A DNA stretch of 64,000 nucleotides from Pseudomonadota bacterium. Lineage in GTDB: Bacteria; Pseudomonadota; Gammaproteobacteria; Burkholderiales; Gallionellaceae. A program made the translations under genes and the position numbers. Below are positions 18,212-28,268 of this stretch, piece by piece. The notes under the pieces are model-generated. The model did not search any database. It saw nothing but the letters and a program-made list of their open reading frames with translations, and had not been told where the DNA came from. Every line of letters begins with the position of its first letter. Position 1 is the first letter of the stretch. Location: positions 16,395 to 80,394 of the forward strand of contig JAJXUI010000006.1 in the NCBI GenBank assembly GCA_021782995.1, read 5' to 3'.

Positions 18212-19285
18212 ATGGCGTTAACTGAACCCGGTCTGGATAGCCAGCTGCAGCAGCAAGCTGGAGCGCTATGCGGCGCCGGACTGCATCTGGCCCGGGTGAC
18301 CGCAGTGGATCGCGACCGCTATGTGGTGCGCAATGAGGCGGGCGAGGTGCCGGCCGAACTGACCGGCAAGTTTCTCTATGCGGCCGCTTCGGCCATGGAT
18401 ATGCCCGGGGTGGGAGACTGGGTGTGCGTGCAGTATCTCGATGCGGAATCGCATGCGATTATCCATGCGCTGGTGCCGCGGCGTTCGTTCCTCAGGCGCA
18501 AGTCTCCCGGCAAGAATGTCGATTTCCAGTTGATTGCGGCCAACATCGATGTCGCCTTCATCGTGCAATCGTGCCAGTTTGATTTCAATGTGCGCCGGCT
18601 TGAGCGTTATCTGGTGATGGTGAACGAGGGGCGCATCGCGCCGGTGCTGCTGCTGACCAAGACTGACCTGGTGAGTTCTGCCGAGCTGGAGCACATGCGG
18701 ACGGCGATCCGCGCAGCGGGTATCAATGCGGATATTGTGCCGCTGAGCAATGTGACGGGTGAAGGCGTGTCCCGGGTGCGGGCGCTGATGCAGCCGGGCA
18801 AAACTTATTGCCTGCTCGGTTCCTCCGGTGTGGGCAAAACTACATTGATCAACCAGCTATTGGAGCAGGATGCGCCGGGCCGTGATATCTTGAAGACAGG
18901 CGCGGTGAGCGGCACTGGCGAAGGCCGCCACACCACCACGCGTCGTCAACTGCTGATGCTGGCGAACGGTGCGTTGCTGATCGACATGCCGGGGATGCGT
19001 GAGCTGGGCATGCTGGGGGCGGAAGCAGGGCTGAACGACAGTTTTGACGATATCGCAGAGCTGGCCGCGCATTGCCGCTTTTCTGATTGCAGCCATCACA
19101 ACGAAGCCGGCTGTGCCATCCGCGAGGCGCTTGCAAATGGCACACTGGATCAGGCGCATTACCAGGGTTACCTGAAGCTCAAGGCTGAGGCGGCATTCAA
19201 CGAGATGTCGTATCAGGACAAACGCAAGAAGGACAAGGCATTCGGCAAGAGGGTGAAAACGGTGCTGAAGGAGCGGCGCAAATGA
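18212..19285 (+). CDS. rsgA: Ribosome small-subunit-dependent GTPase A
   Basis: Circularly permuted GTPase: LLTKTDL (G4) precedes GSSGVGKTTLIN (G1). GEGRHTTT, DMPGMRE. Zn-knuckle CRFSDCSHHNEAGC. Confidence 0.9.
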   Translation: MALTEPGLDSQLQQQAGALCGAGLHLARVTAVDRDRYVVRNEAGEVPAELTGKFLYAAASAMDMPGVGDWVCVQYLDAESHAIIHALVPRRSFLRRKSPGKNVDFQLIAANIDVAFIVQSCQFDFNVRRLERYLVMVNEGRIAPVLLLTKTDLVSSAELEHMRTAIRAAGINADIVPLSNVTGEGVSRVRALMQPGKTYCLLGSSGVGKTTLINQLLEQDAPGRDILKTGAVSGTGEGRHTTTRRQLLMLANGALLIDMPGMRELGMLGAEAGLNDSFDDIAELAAHCRFSDCSHHNEAGCAIREALANGTLDQAHYQGYLKLKAEAAFNEMSYQDKRKKDKAFGKRVKTVLKERRK

Positions 19286-19292
19286 AATATGT

Positions 19293-19305
19293 AAAATAAT
19301 ATAAT
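19293..19305 (+). repeat. AAAATAATATAAT 13-mer (core of a ~45-nt AT-rich post-gene element)
   Basis: Exact 13-mer, also at 27602-27614 and 33743-33755. The element starts at the rsgA stop (TGAAATATGTAAAATAATATAAT...). Confidence 0.65.
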
Positions 19306-19417
19306 ATAATCAATCAATTACATGGATGCGCAAGGTCGGTAATGGAGGCTGGGTGTATGGGCCCCGATTGCGCTTGGCTGCATGACTGTTCAAAAATCCC
19401 GCAGGAGGAAGCTGTAA

Positions 19418-19804
19418 ATGTCATTTACCTTTGCCCATCAAACCTATGCCAGACGTACCTATCTGTTTGCAGCCGTTTACGGATTCATCGTGCTGGTGCC
19501 GCAATATTTTCTTGAGGCATCACTGGTGCCGCCTGCCACCCACCCCGAGCAGTTTTACGGTTTTGTTGGCCTGGCGCTGGTCTGGCAAATTGTGTTTGTG
19601 ATGATTTCTCGCGATGTGCAGCGCTACCGGATGCTGATCCCAGTGACGGTGCTGGAGAAACTGGCCTTTGGGTTGCCTGCATTGATTCTCTATCTGCTCG
19701 GCAGGGTGTCTGTGCCCGTGCTGGCTGTTGGCCTGATCGATTTGGCGCTGGGCGTGCTGTTTGCAATTGCGTTTTTGCGTACGCGGCACGACACTGCCTG
19801 GTAA
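19418..19804 (+). CDS. Hypothetical 4-TM membrane protein
   Basis: 128 aa. RBS GGAGGAAG upstream. Hydrophobic helices throughout. Confidence 0.55.
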   Translation: MSFTFAHQTYARRTYLFAAVYGFIVLVPQYFLEASLVPPATHPEQFYGFVGLALVWQIVFVMISRDVQRYRMLIPVTVLEKLAFGLPALILYLLGRVSVPVLAVGLIDLALGVLFAIAFLRTRHDTAW

Positions 19805-20010
19805 TGCGCAATCGCGGGCTACGGGCTGGATAAACCATGATTCTACTTTTCAGGGTAAGGCATGCTGGTTGGAGTCAGGCAATCTTCGGGGGCAAGCGTT
19901 GCGCCTGTGCCTGATTATTTTTCGGGGCCTGATCAACTCAGGCGCCAGGGGCCTGATGGTTGGCAATACGCGATTTGTGTCGATTCTGAAATTCAATTGG
20001 CGGGGAAAAC

Positions 20011-21003
20011 ATGACTGTGCATCGCCCTCATCCTGATGCGGGCCGCGCCGGCGAAACGGCCGCGCATTATCTCTCGCGTGCAGTTCCGCTTGCGCGGCCG
20101 GACGATACGGTTGCGGCGACCATAGCCGCGTTGAGCGGTCGACATTTTGAAAGCCTTGCGCTGGTTTGTGTTACCGATGCGGCAGGCGCTCTGCTTGGGG
20201 TGGTTCGTATCGCTGATCTGTTTGCCGCCCCGCCTGAATCCAGGCTGGATGCGCTGATGTGGGTGGGGGTGCCGCGGGTACATGCAGAGGAAGACCAGGA
20301 AAAGATTGCTTCGCTTGCGTTGCACCATGTGCTGAATGCGGTTCCGGTGGTCGACGATCTTGACCATTTGCTGGGCGTCATTCCTGCTGAAGCCTTGCTG
20401 CATATCTTGCGCCGCGAGCATGTGGAAGATTTGCACCGCATTGCGGGCATCAACCGTGAGACTGCGCGTGCGCGAGAGGCAATCGAATCACCGCCACTGC
20501 GGCGTGCGCGTGACCGGCTGCCCTGGCTGCTGATCGGCCTTGCTGGCAGCATGATCGCCACCTGGGTGGTGGCACATTTCGAGCGGGCGCTGAGTGAACG
20601 CATCGCGATTGCCTTTTTCGTTCCCGGCCTGGTTTATCTGGCAGATGCCATCGGCACCCAGTCTGAGGCCGTTGCAGTACGTGGCCTTTCCCTGAGTCAT
20701 GCCAGGCTGTCGCACCTGGTGGCGGGTGAGCTGCGTACCGGTTTGTTGATCGGGTTGTCGCTGGGAGCCGTGACGTTTCCGCTGGTGTGGCTGTTGTTCG
20801 GCGATATGTTGCTGGGTTTTGCGGTGGCATTTTCACTGTTTTGTGCGGGCGCAGTGGCGACGACCGTCGGCCTCTTCCTGCCTTGGCTGCTGAACCGGCT
20901 TGGTACCGATCCTGCGTATGGAAGCGGACCGCTGGCCACCGTCATACAAGACCTGTTGAGCCTGATCATCTATTTTGTTATCGTCAGCTATATTTTGTTA
21001 TAG
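20011..21003 (+). CDS. mgtE: MgtE-family divalent-cation transporter (CBS pair plus MgtE membrane domain, no MgtE_N domain)
   Basis: CBS-like N-terminal half. Membrane domain with FFVPGLVYLADAIGTQSEAVAVRGL and GSGPLATVIQDLLSL, typical of MgtE. Confidence 0.75.
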   Translation: MTVHRPHPDAGRAGETAAHYLSRAVPLARPDDTVAATIAALSGRHFESLALVCVTDAAGALLGVVRIADLFAAPPESRLDALMWVGVPRVHAEEDQEKIASLALHHVLNAVPVVDDLDHLLGVIPAEALLHILRREHVEDLHRIAGINRETARAREAIESPPLRRARDRLPWLLIGLAGSMIATWVVAHFERALSERIAIAFFVPGLVYLADAIGTQSEAVAVRGLSLSHARLSHLVAGELRTGLLIGLSLGAVTFPLVWLLFGDMLLGFAVAFSLFCAGAVATTVGLFLPWLLNRLGTDPAYGSGPLATVIQDLLSLIIYFVIVSYILL

Positions 21004-21155
21004 GCATGCAAAGTCGCTTGAATGGTTTCATTACTTCAATATTCACAAGTTTCTGCGTATCGATGCTTTTCATCCGTGATTGCAGTTGCGGATTGCCAGT
21101 TTAAGCACAGGGTTTCCCTGATCAAATTACTAACGAAGCCAGGTTCGCGCACATC

Positions 21156-22121
21156 ATGATTTCCAATTTACAGGCATCCATCGCTCGCCAGCGCGAGATT
21201 CTTCAAGGCTGGCTCTCTGCTTCGCTTTCCAGCATTGCGGATGACAGTGTAAAGGTCTGGCCGCAGCGTGATGCACTGGAAGCCAGGCTGCAGGCGGGGC
21301 TGGCAGAGCTGCCCTATTGCAAATATCTGTACCTGCTGGATGCCAGTGCGCAGCAGATTGTTGCTACGGTTTCCCGCACCGGCCTGGTCGCCCCACATTT
21401 TGGCCGTGACCGCAGCCATCGCCCCTATATGGCGGAGGCGATAGCCGGCATGCGCTTTTCGCTGTCGGAGGCGTACATCAGCCAGAATGCAAAGCGGCCT
21501 TCGCTGACGGCTGTGCAGCGGGTGTATGGGCTGCAAGGCAAGTTGCTGGGGTATCTTGGGGCAGACTTTGACTTGCGCGAGCTGCCTTCCACACAGGCGC
21601 TATACCAGCAGCCAGGGGAGTGGGTACAGTTGAAGGGCGACCCGGCGATACGTGGCGGGCTGTTTCACCAGGAGCGGGTGAATAGCCCGATGGACCAGCA
21701 GATGGATACGGTGCTGCATATCATCAACGAGCTGATTACCATCCATGGCGTGTTTCATGCGAAGCTGCATTTTTCCAGCTCGCGTGCCACAGTCTGGCAA
21801 ATGAATGACCCATACCGCTTCCGCCTGCACGATATCGATGAGTTGAGTGATGCCGATTTGTGCCTGGCTTACCCCAAGGTGGCTTATCCCGCGGATGCGC
21901 AGATACCGGCGGAGGCGGTGCACAATATCCTGAAGGTGTTCCGCGAGCTGCGCTTCATGGATGAAACCATCTACCTGCGCTCCGGCCTGCTGAATATCTT
22001 CAACGGCATGGTCGGCCTCACTTTCTCCTGTGATGGCTCGCATTACATGCCCTGGTGCGAGTTCCTCGAAAAGCGCATGGATTTCTGGACAGGCGCGGGC
22101 GAGCAACAGAAGGTTGCATAG
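21156..22121 (+). CDS. Hypothetical cytoplasmic protein (N-terminal half is loosely Cache/PDC-like)
   Basis: 321 aa, no signal peptide or TM. Only a weak resemblance to sensor folds. The long antisense ORF 21600-22532 is judged spurious. Confidence 0.45.
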   Translation: MISNLQASIARQREILQGWLSASLSSIADDSVKVWPQRDALEARLQAGLAELPYCKYLYLLDASAQQIVATVSRTGLVAPHFGRDRSHRPYMAEAIAGMRFSLSEAYISQNAKRPSLTAVQRVYGLQGKLLGYLGADFDLRELPSTQALYQQPGEWVQLKGDPAIRGGLFHQERVNSPMDQQMDTVLHIINELITIHGVFHAKLHFSSSRATVWQMNDPYRFRLHDIDELSDADLCLAYPKVAYPADAQIPAEAVHNILKVFRELRFMDETIYLRSGLLNIFNGMVGLTFSCDGSHYMPWCEFLEKRMDFWTGAGEQQKVA

Positions 22122-22223
22122 TTCAGACGGCTTCAAGGTAGTGCCTGCGTGCAGGTTTGGCGCTGCTAACAGCATCTGGGTTAGAATTGGTACTGTTCCC
22201 GTATCGCGACTGGTGACGGATCG

Positions 22224-23105
22224 ATGAAAGCCTGGCTCTACCTTTTGCTCGCACTTTTCCTGTTGGTGCCCACTGCGTATGCGCAGCCGGTGATGACCTA
22301 TCGCTATAACGCTCCGGAATCCGCGCTGGACAAGCGTTACGACTACCAATGGAAGATATTGCAGACCGCGCTTGAAAGGACGAAGCGCAAATATGGACTT
22401 TATCGCATGGTGAAGTCGGTCGTCATGACTGAAAAGCGTCAGGTGGATGAGCTGGAGCGGGACAGTGGCCTGTTGACGGTGATGTATCTCGATACAAACC
22501 CGGACATGGAAAGGAAGCTGGTGCCGATCCACATCCCCGTGGACAAGGGGTTGGTGGGTTACCGGGTTTTCCTGATCCGCAAGCAGGCGCAGGCTGCGTT
22601 TGAGGGTGTCAATACCCTGGAAGACCTGCGGCGCTTTACCTATGGCCTGGGCCTGGGCTGGGCGGACGTTGAGGTGATGCAGTCAAACGGTTTCAGGGTG
22701 GTCACCGGATCCAGTTACGACGGTTTGTTCAATATGCTGGTGCACAACAGGTTTGACGTGTTTTCCCGCTCGGTGGGCGAGGTGCTGGATGAGTATGATG
22801 AGCGCAAACCTTTCATGCCGGACCTGTTTATCGAGCCTGATATTCTTCTGTATTATCCCTTGCCGATGTATTTCTGGTTTGCCAACTCCGAGCATGGTCG
22901 CAAGCTGGCGGCGAGGGTGGAAGAGGGCATGTGGATGATGATGCGCGATGGCAGCTATGACAGGGTTTTTAAGCAGTATTACGGTGACAGGATCAGGCAG
23001 CTGAACCTGGCCAAGCGCAAGCTGTTCAAGCTGGATAACCCCTTGCTGGTGCCGGAGACGCCGCTGGACAACAGGCGGCTGTGGATAGACCTGCAGCCAA
23101 AATGA
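22224..23105 (+). CDS. Secreted protein resembling family-3 periplasmic solute-binding proteins
   Basis: Signal peptide MKAWLYLLLALFLLVPTAYAQP. About 290 aa, with two-lobe SBP-like length and composition. Confidence 0.4.
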   Translation: MKAWLYLLLALFLLVPTAYAQPVMTYRYNAPESALDKRYDYQWKILQTALERTKRKYGLYRMVKSVVMTEKRQVDELERDSGLLTVMYLDTNPDMERKLVPIHIPVDKGLVGYRVFLIRKQAQAAFEGVNTLEDLRRFTYGLGLGWADVEVMQSNGFRVVTGSSYDGLFNMLVHNRFDVFSRSVGEVLDEYDERKPFMPDLFIEPDILLYYPLPMYFWFANSEHGRKLAARVEEGMWMMMRDGSYDRVFKQYYGDRIRQLNLAKRKLFKLDNPLLVPETPLDNRRLWIDLQPK

Positions 23106-23255
23106 CCGGAAGCCTCTGCGCCTGAGCCATCAACGAGCGGGGCAATTTCATGATGAAGTGGTGAACACATGCAATGCCATGCTTGAACAGCTGCGGTTGC
23201 CGGTTGCATGAATGTTGTGCGGGATTAAATTTACCTTGCGGATTCTGGGGAATAA

Positions 23256-23717
23256 ATGAAACTGATCAGCAGCATTTTCATTCAGCGCAAACCCGAGGTG
23301 GTGTGGGATTTCCTGAAGGACCCGGAGAACATGCAGCAATGGAACCCGCGCGTTGAAAAGGTGACGCCATCGGAATTTGAGGATCCGGGAACTGGCTATT
23401 GCCATGAAATTACATACCGCATGCATGCCAATGCACGCGCGAACAGCTTTCATGCGGAAATGAAGGTTTTTGAGCCGCCTCAGGTGCTGGAGATCAGGCT
23501 GGTTCCGCAGTCTGCGCGGCAGAAAGCGCCTGAAATCATGGAGCGGTATGGGCTGCTTGCGCAAGATGGCGGTACCCTGCTGACGCAAACAATACGCGTT
23601 GAAAATTCCGGCATTTCGGTTTTATTCAGGGGATTGATCTGGCTGGTCACGAAATTTGGCAAGCCGACTGGCAAGCCCTTGCTTGCGAATTTGCGCGACT
23701 TGCTGGAAGGCAGGTAA
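23256..23717 (+). CDS. SRPBCC/START-fold (polyketide-cyclase-like) family protein
   Basis: 153 aa. N-terminus IFIQRKPEVVWDFLKDPENMQQWNPRV is typical of the SRPBCC family. Confidence 0.55.
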   Translation: MKLISSIFIQRKPEVVWDFLKDPENMQQWNPRVEKVTPSEFEDPGTGYCHEITYRMHANARANSFHAEMKVFEPPQVLEIRLVPQSARQKAPEIMERYGLLAQDGGTLLTQTIRVENSGISVLFRGLIWLVTKFGKPTGKPLLANLRDLLEGR

Positions 23718-23718
23718 T

Positions 23719-24927
23719 TTAGGGCTGCATTTGCTGACCGCTGGCAATTGCGCCGGCGTGCTTCTGCTGGTACATGCGCTGGTCCGCAATATTCAGCAGC
23801 TGTTGCAGGGAAGTGCCATCGTCAGGGTAGATGGCATGGCCTGCACTGGAGCGGATTATCAGGCTGAGCTGCTTTTCTTCTAACTGCATGTTGATGTCCT
23901 TGTGCAGTTTTTCCATGATGTTTTCAAGTGCGCCTGCATTTTCCGGATTGTCGATCAGCACGATGAACTCGTCACCCCCCAGACGTGCCGCGAAATCCGA
24001 TTCCCGGATATTCTCCAGCAGGTGATTGCCAAATTTGCGCAGTACCAGGTCTCCAGCCGTATGGCCGTACTTGTCATTGATGGCTTTGAAACCGTTCAGG
24101 TCGATGAGGACGATGCCCATTCTGGTGCTGCGGCGGGCAGCCACATGCAGGATGTGGCTGGACATTTCGCCGAAATAGCGGCGGTTGGGCAGGCCGGTGA
24201 GTTCATCATGCATCGCGAGGTGCTGCGCTTCCTGTTTGACGATGGTTTCGTCGTGCAGGCGCTCATGCAGGGTCAGCCCGTCCATGATGTTGCGTGATAC
24301 CTGCATGCTTTTGAGCATGAAGATGAATTGCCACAGTAGTGATGAGGCGAGCAGCAATAAATAGTAGGTGTTTTGGTTATTGAAGTAATTGATCAGGAAA
24401 TGCAGGGTCAGCAGTCCCATCACCGTGTAATTGAGCAGTTTGAAATAGCGTGGCATTACGCTGTATCCCAGCATGGCAATGGCAACAAAGCTGCTGAGGA
24501 TGATGAAGAGAAAGGTGTCCTGCAGCAGGGTGTCGTTTCCGGGGAGCGTGTAGGGGGCGATACCGTAAAGGATGCCGACAGCGGTGCCTAATGCCATGCG
24601 TATATTGACGATCATGTCCATGTTGCCGAAATTCAGCGGGATTTTTGCCATTTTTCGCTGAAACAGGAGGATGGCCGTGACCAGCGCCAGACAGGCAAGC
24701 AGCCAGACGATGATGAGTAGGGGCAACACGTGGCTGGTGTAAAGCACATATGCAATCATCATTGCGCCCAGCAGGAAACTGATGGCGTTACCCGAAGCAT
24801 ATTGAACGAACAGCCTCGCGCACTTGAGTTCTACGCGAGATTCAATTGAAGACGGTGTGGGATCTTCCGGTAATCTGTCGTCCATAATTTCTGCCGGATG
24901 GATTGAAGGAATGCGCAATTCGGCCAA
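23719..24927 (-). CDS. Membrane-anchored diguanylate cyclase (GGDEF)
   Basis: About 6 N-terminal TM helices. DELTGLPNRRYF, RLGGDEFIVL active-site motif. TTG start is uncertain. Confidence 0.85.
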   Translation of the reverse strand: MAELRIPSIHPAEIMDDRLPEDPTPSSIESRVELKCARLFVQYASGNAISFLLGAMMIAYVLYTSHVLPLLIIVWLLACLALVTAILLFQRKMAKIPLNFGNMDMIVNIRMALGTAVGILYGIAPYTLPGNDTLLQDTFLFIILSSFVAIAMLGYSVMPRYFKLLNYTVMGLLTLHFLINYFNNQNTYYLLLLASSLLWQFIFMLKSMQVSRNIMDGLTLHERLHDETIVKQEAQHLAMHDELTGLPNRRYFGEMSSHILHVAARRSTRMGIVLIDLNGFKAINDKYGHTAGDLVLRKFGNHLLENIRESDFAARLGGDEFIVLIDNPENAGALENIMEKLHKDINMQLEEKQLSLIIRSSAGHAIYPDDGTSLQQLLNIADQRMYQQKHAGAIASGQQMQP

Positions 24928-24980
24928 TCCTGGCCAATTTCACCATGCAAGCTGTAGCCTGCTTTGCAGGCATGGGTGTC

Positions 24981-25020
24981 GGGTCAGCTTTTATGGTTTA
25001 TAACATAATGAATATATTAT
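24981..25020 (+). repeat. GGGTCAG box plus TGAAT-core AT-rich motif
   Basis: GGGTCAGC 24981-24988. ATGAATATATTAT 25008-25020. The surrounding 30 nt closely match 41090-41119. Confidence 0.5.
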
Positions 25021-25047
25021 GTATATTGTACTGATGAATGGGCGGTT

Positions 25048-25761
25048 TCAGGCGCTGAGCAGTGACAGCTGGGCGGCATCGAGATAGCACCATTCCCCGT
25101 CAGCCAGTTGCAGTTGATCCAGGGTGAGCTTGCCGATCTGTGTGCGGCACAGTTCGGTGCAATGGTTGCCGGCGGCGGCCAGCATGCGTTTGACCTGATG
25201 GTATTTGCCTTGCTCCAGCACGATCTCGATTTGATAGGGGTCTATCATGCGGCAGCTGACGGCCGCCAGCGGCTTCGGTTCGTCGTGCAGTTTTACGCCA
25301 CGCAACAGGTGGGTGACGAGCTCGGGAGTTACGGGATCATGCGTACTCGCGACATAGAGTTTGGGCACATGGTGTTTGGGCGAGGATTGTGTGTGGATGA
25401 AGGTGCCATCGTCGGACATCAGCAGCAGGCCGGTGGTGTCGTGGTCAAGCCGGCCCACGGATTGCACATCGCGCAGGGTGAATTGTTCCGGCAGCAGCGA
25501 AAGCACGCCGGGATGGTGGCTGGGCTTGCGCGAGCATTCGTAGCCGGGTGGCTTGTTGAGTGCGATATACACATGCTCGCGGAATAGCCAGGTTTCGCCG
25601 AACAGGGTGTATTCGAGATTGTCGGTTTCGATTTTCAGGGCGCAGTCGCTGACGGTTTCACCGGCGATGCTGACTTCGCCATCTTCCACCAGTTCACGGC
25701 AGTATCTGCGCGTGCCCCAGCCTTGTGATTGCAGGATGCGTTCCAGTGTCTGTTTGCTCAT
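25048..25761 (-). CDS. rsuA: Pseudouridine synthase, RsuA/RluB family (16S rRNA U516-type)
   Basis: S4-like N-terminus. Catalytic GRLDHDTTGLLL, and KYHQVKRMLAAAGNH, co-linear with E. coli RsuA. Confidence 0.8.
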   Translation of the reverse strand: MSKQTLERILQSQGWGTRRYCRELVEDGEVSIAGETVSDCALKIETDNLEYTLFGETWLFREHVYIALNKPPGYECSRKPSHHPGVLSLLPEQFTLRDVQSVGRLDHDTTGLLLMSDDGTFIHTQSSPKHHVPKLYVASTHDPVTPELVTHLLRGVKLHDEPKPLAAVSCRMIDPYQIEIVLEQGKYHQVKRMLAAAGNHCTELCRTQIGKLTLDQLQLADGEWCYLDAAQLSLLSA

Positions 25762-25858
25762 GGCTGAACTGTAGCAGAATCAGGTAGCAATGTGCGGCAT
25801 GTGTGCGTGGATTTTGATAGTATGCGTGCTCCTTATAACAAAAAACGGGAGAAGAAAA

Positions 25859-26758
25859 ATGTTCAAAGGGGTAATCAGTATTCTGATGCTGGCGCTTGCA
25901 GGGTTAGCAATGCAACCGGCAAGCGCAGAGCAACAACAGATGACAGCCGACGAGTTTTTGGCGTCATTGAAGTTCCAGACCGGCAAGATCGACTTGCCCA
26001 ACAATATCGCCTCCATTGATCTGCCCTCAGGTTTTCGCTACCTGAATCCGGATGATGCGAATCGCGTGCTGGTGACCGCATGGGGCAACCCGCCCGGCGA
26101 CAAGACGCTTGGCATGATCATTCCATCGGATGTCAGCCCGGTCAGCGAGGATAGCTGGGGCGTGATCATTACCTATGATGAAGAAGGCCATGTGAAGGAT
26201 GACGACGCAGACAAAATCAACTATGCCGATCTTTTGAAGGACATGCAGTCTGCGCTGCAGGATGCCAATGAGGAGCGGAAGAAACAGGGCTATGAAGCCA
26301 TCTCGCTGGTTGGCTGGGCCGAGCAGCCCAGCTATGACAAGTCCAGCCACAAGCTGTACTGGGCCAAGGAGCTGGCCTTCGGCGATGACAAGAACCACAC
26401 GCTGAATTACAACATCCGCGTGCTGGGCCGCAAGGGTGTGCTGGTGATGAATGCAGTGGCCGGCATGAACCAGATTGCGATGATCAAGACTGAAATGCCC
26501 AAGGTGCTGGCGGTAACCGAATTCAAGACCGGCAATGCTTATGGCGACTTTGACAGCAGCACCGACAAGGTGGCGGAATATGGCATTGCCGCGCTGGTGG
26601 CCGGTGCGGCAGCGACCAAGCTGGGCCTGTTTGCCAAGCTGTTTGCGATGTTGCTGGCCTTCAAGAAGGCAGTGCTGATCGGGCTGGCTGCCATCGGTGC
26701 CGCAGTGGCGAAATTCTTTGGCAAGGGCAAGAAAGCGCAGGCAGAGAACGCGGAGTAA
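25859..26758 (+). CDS. DUF2167-like membrane-anchored secreted protein
   Basis: Signal peptide MFKGVISILMLALAGLAMQPASA. PSGFRYLNPDDANRVLVTAWGNPPG. C-terminal hydrophobic helices. Confidence 0.55.
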   Translation: MFKGVISILMLALAGLAMQPASAEQQQMTADEFLASLKFQTGKIDLPNNIASIDLPSGFRYLNPDDANRVLVTAWGNPPGDKTLGMIIPSDVSPVSEDSWGVIITYDEEGHVKDDDADKINYADLLKDMQSALQDANEERKKQGYEAISLVGWAEQPSYDKSSHKLYWAKELAFGDDKNHTLNYNIRVLGRKGVLVMNAVAGMNQIAMIKTEMPKVLAVTEFKTGNAYGDFDSSTDKVAEYGIAALVAGAAATKLGLFAKLFAMLLAFKKAVLIGLAAIGAAVAKFFGKGKKAQAENAE

Positions 26759-26808
26759 TACCGGATGCTGGCCTGATGGCCAGCGTAAGTTACCGGGTTG
26801 TGTCAAGA

Positions 26809-26837
26809 AAGGGTTAATGTGTGCATTAACCCTTTTT
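26809..26837 (+). terminator. Rho-independent terminator
   Basis: AAGGGTTAATG-tgtg-CATTAACCCTT perfect 11-bp stem followed by TTT(CATT). Confidence 0.8.
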
Positions 26838-27020
26838 CATTGCTACTGCATGACGGTTAACGGAAAGTGATGCTGAGTCAAAGCAGGTCAATGGTGATAT
26901 ATTGCAATGCGCTTCCTGCATGGGCTTGCTTGCGGATGTAGGAATGGTAAAACTTTGCAGGTGTAAAGAATAATCAATGTGGTAGCGGAGGGTGTTGCAA
27001 TTTTCTGACTGGGAGTAGAC

Positions 27021-27560
27021 ATGTACCAACGTAAATTGATTCAGCTTGTATCCTTTTTGATCGTGGCTGTGCCACTCGCCGCACAAGCTACACCTTTGAA
27101 CATCAAAGCCGGTGCTTGGGAAGACACCACGACGGTGACCACAACAGGCGCGCAGCACATGATCCCGCCTGAAGTGTTGAAATCGATGCCGCCGGACAGG
27201 CGGGAGAGGCTGATGAATCCGCCGACAATGACGCTGAAGGCAACGCATTGCGTAAAAGATTCCGATACGCTGGAAAATGCGTTCAAGCAGCAGGACCTGA
27301 AAATGAAATGCGACCTGAAGAACGTGAAGAAATCGGCCTCCTCCTATGAGCTGGATGTGTCATGCAGCAAGCAGGGGCCGGATGGAAAAATGCTGAGTTT
27401 TTCCTCGCATGTGAAGGTGAAGGCCGATTCTGCAGAGAGTGTGGTGTCTACAGCCGACATGCAGGCTTCGACAGGCACCAAGTCGCATACTGAAACCAGG
27501 TCACATTGGCTGAAAGCATCATGCGAAGGGGTAACTGCACATCCCTACAAACCACATTGA
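27021..27560 (+). CDS. Secreted hypothetical protein (DUF3617-like)
   Basis: Signal peptide ...IVAVPLAAQA. IKAGAWEDTTTVT start and spaced Cys residues. Confidence 0.45.
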   Translation: MYQRKLIQLVSFLIVAVPLAAQATPLNIKAGAWEDTTTVTTTGAQHMIPPEVLKSMPPDRRERLMNPPTMTLKATHCVKDSDTLENAFKQQDLKMKCDLKNVKKSASSYELDVSCSKQGPDGKMLSFSSHVKVKADSAESVVSTADMQASTGTKSHTETRSHWLKASCEGVTAHPYKPH

Positions 27561-27601
27561 GTGTTGGCAGGTTTCTGCCTGGTTTCTTGCATGTGAAAAT
27601 A

Positions 27602-27614
27602 AAAATAATATAAT
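27602..27614 (+). repeat. AAAATAATATAAT 13-mer (core of a ~45-nt AT-rich post-gene element)
   Basis: Context TGAAAATAAAAATAATATAAT differs by a single A from the copy at 33736-33755. Confidence 0.65.
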
Positions 27615-27704
27615 TAAATCAGTATGATGTAATTATATCGACCGGGTTCGTGTGTTTGTGTCATGCAGTCCGGCACATGCATGCTGACCGGATGCAGCAA
27701 CAAC

Positions 27705-27735
27705 AATGCCGGCTGGAAAGCCGGCATTTTTTTTC
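27705..27735 (+). terminator. Hairpin terminator in the convergent gap before napB
   Basis: AATGCCGGC-tggaaa-GCCGGCATT followed by TTTTTTT on the plus strand. Confidence 0.65.
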
Positions 27736-27756
27736 AAATGCATAAGCGGTTCAGGC

Positions 27757-28239
27757 CTAGCGCTTTGCTTTTGCGTCGAAGGTGTTTTCCACCAGCGGCG
27801 AGGCATCTGCCTGCGGCACATGACACTGGTTGCAGTTGTAGCGTGAATTGATGAGATGGTCTGTCACCTTGTCCGGTGCATTGCGCAAGTCGGTGTAATG
27901 GCTGCGGGGGATGGGCGTCGGCATGCCCTTTTCGCGTTTGGCATCCCAGTTGCCCGGCTGGTTATGGCAGGCGATGCACATGTTGTTTTGTGCGGTGATG
28001 GGCAGGAAGTCGGTGATGGCGTGCGGTATCTGTGGCGGGGCATTCAGAAAGGCGCGCGGCAATACCTTGTCTTCACCGGGTTGACCGCCTTTGTAGTTGT
28101 ATACCTTGACGGGCGGTGTATCAAACACGCTGACTTTGCTCAGTCCCATGCTGTCAGCAGGGATGGGTTTGGCTGCAAGCGCGACGGAAATATTCGTGAC
28201 CAGTACCGTGATAAATATTAGCAGGCTAGGGATACGCAT
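27757..28239 (-). CDS. napB: Periplasmic nitrate reductase diheme cytochrome c subunit NapB
   Basis: Signal peptide MRIPSLLIFITVLVTNISVALA. Two heme motifs CIACH and CNQCH. RBS AGGAGA upstream of ATG 28239. Confidence 0.9.
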   Translation of the reverse strand: MRIPSLLIFITVLVTNISVALAAKPIPADSMGLSKVSVFDTPPVKVYNYKGGQPGEDKVLPRAFLNAPPQIPHAITDFLPITAQNNMCIACHNQPGNWDAKREKGMPTPIPRSHYTDLRNAPDKVTDHLINSRYNCNQCHVPQADASPLVENTFDAKAKR

Positions 28240-28268
28240 TTGATTTCTCCTGTAGGTATGGACCGGGA

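Noticed and set aside
21600-22532. 310-aa ORF on the minus strand
   Set aside because: It overlaps two plus-strand genes and the gap between them. Its composition is shadow-frame-like (His/Arg/Leu-rich) with no motifs.
26027-26806. 259-aa minus-strand ORF, together with similar long antisense ORFs at 32942-33589, 35391-36140, 43769-44647 and 921-1592
   Set aside because: All are antisense to genes with recognisable family motifs and have Arg/His/Leu-rich low-plausibility sequences.
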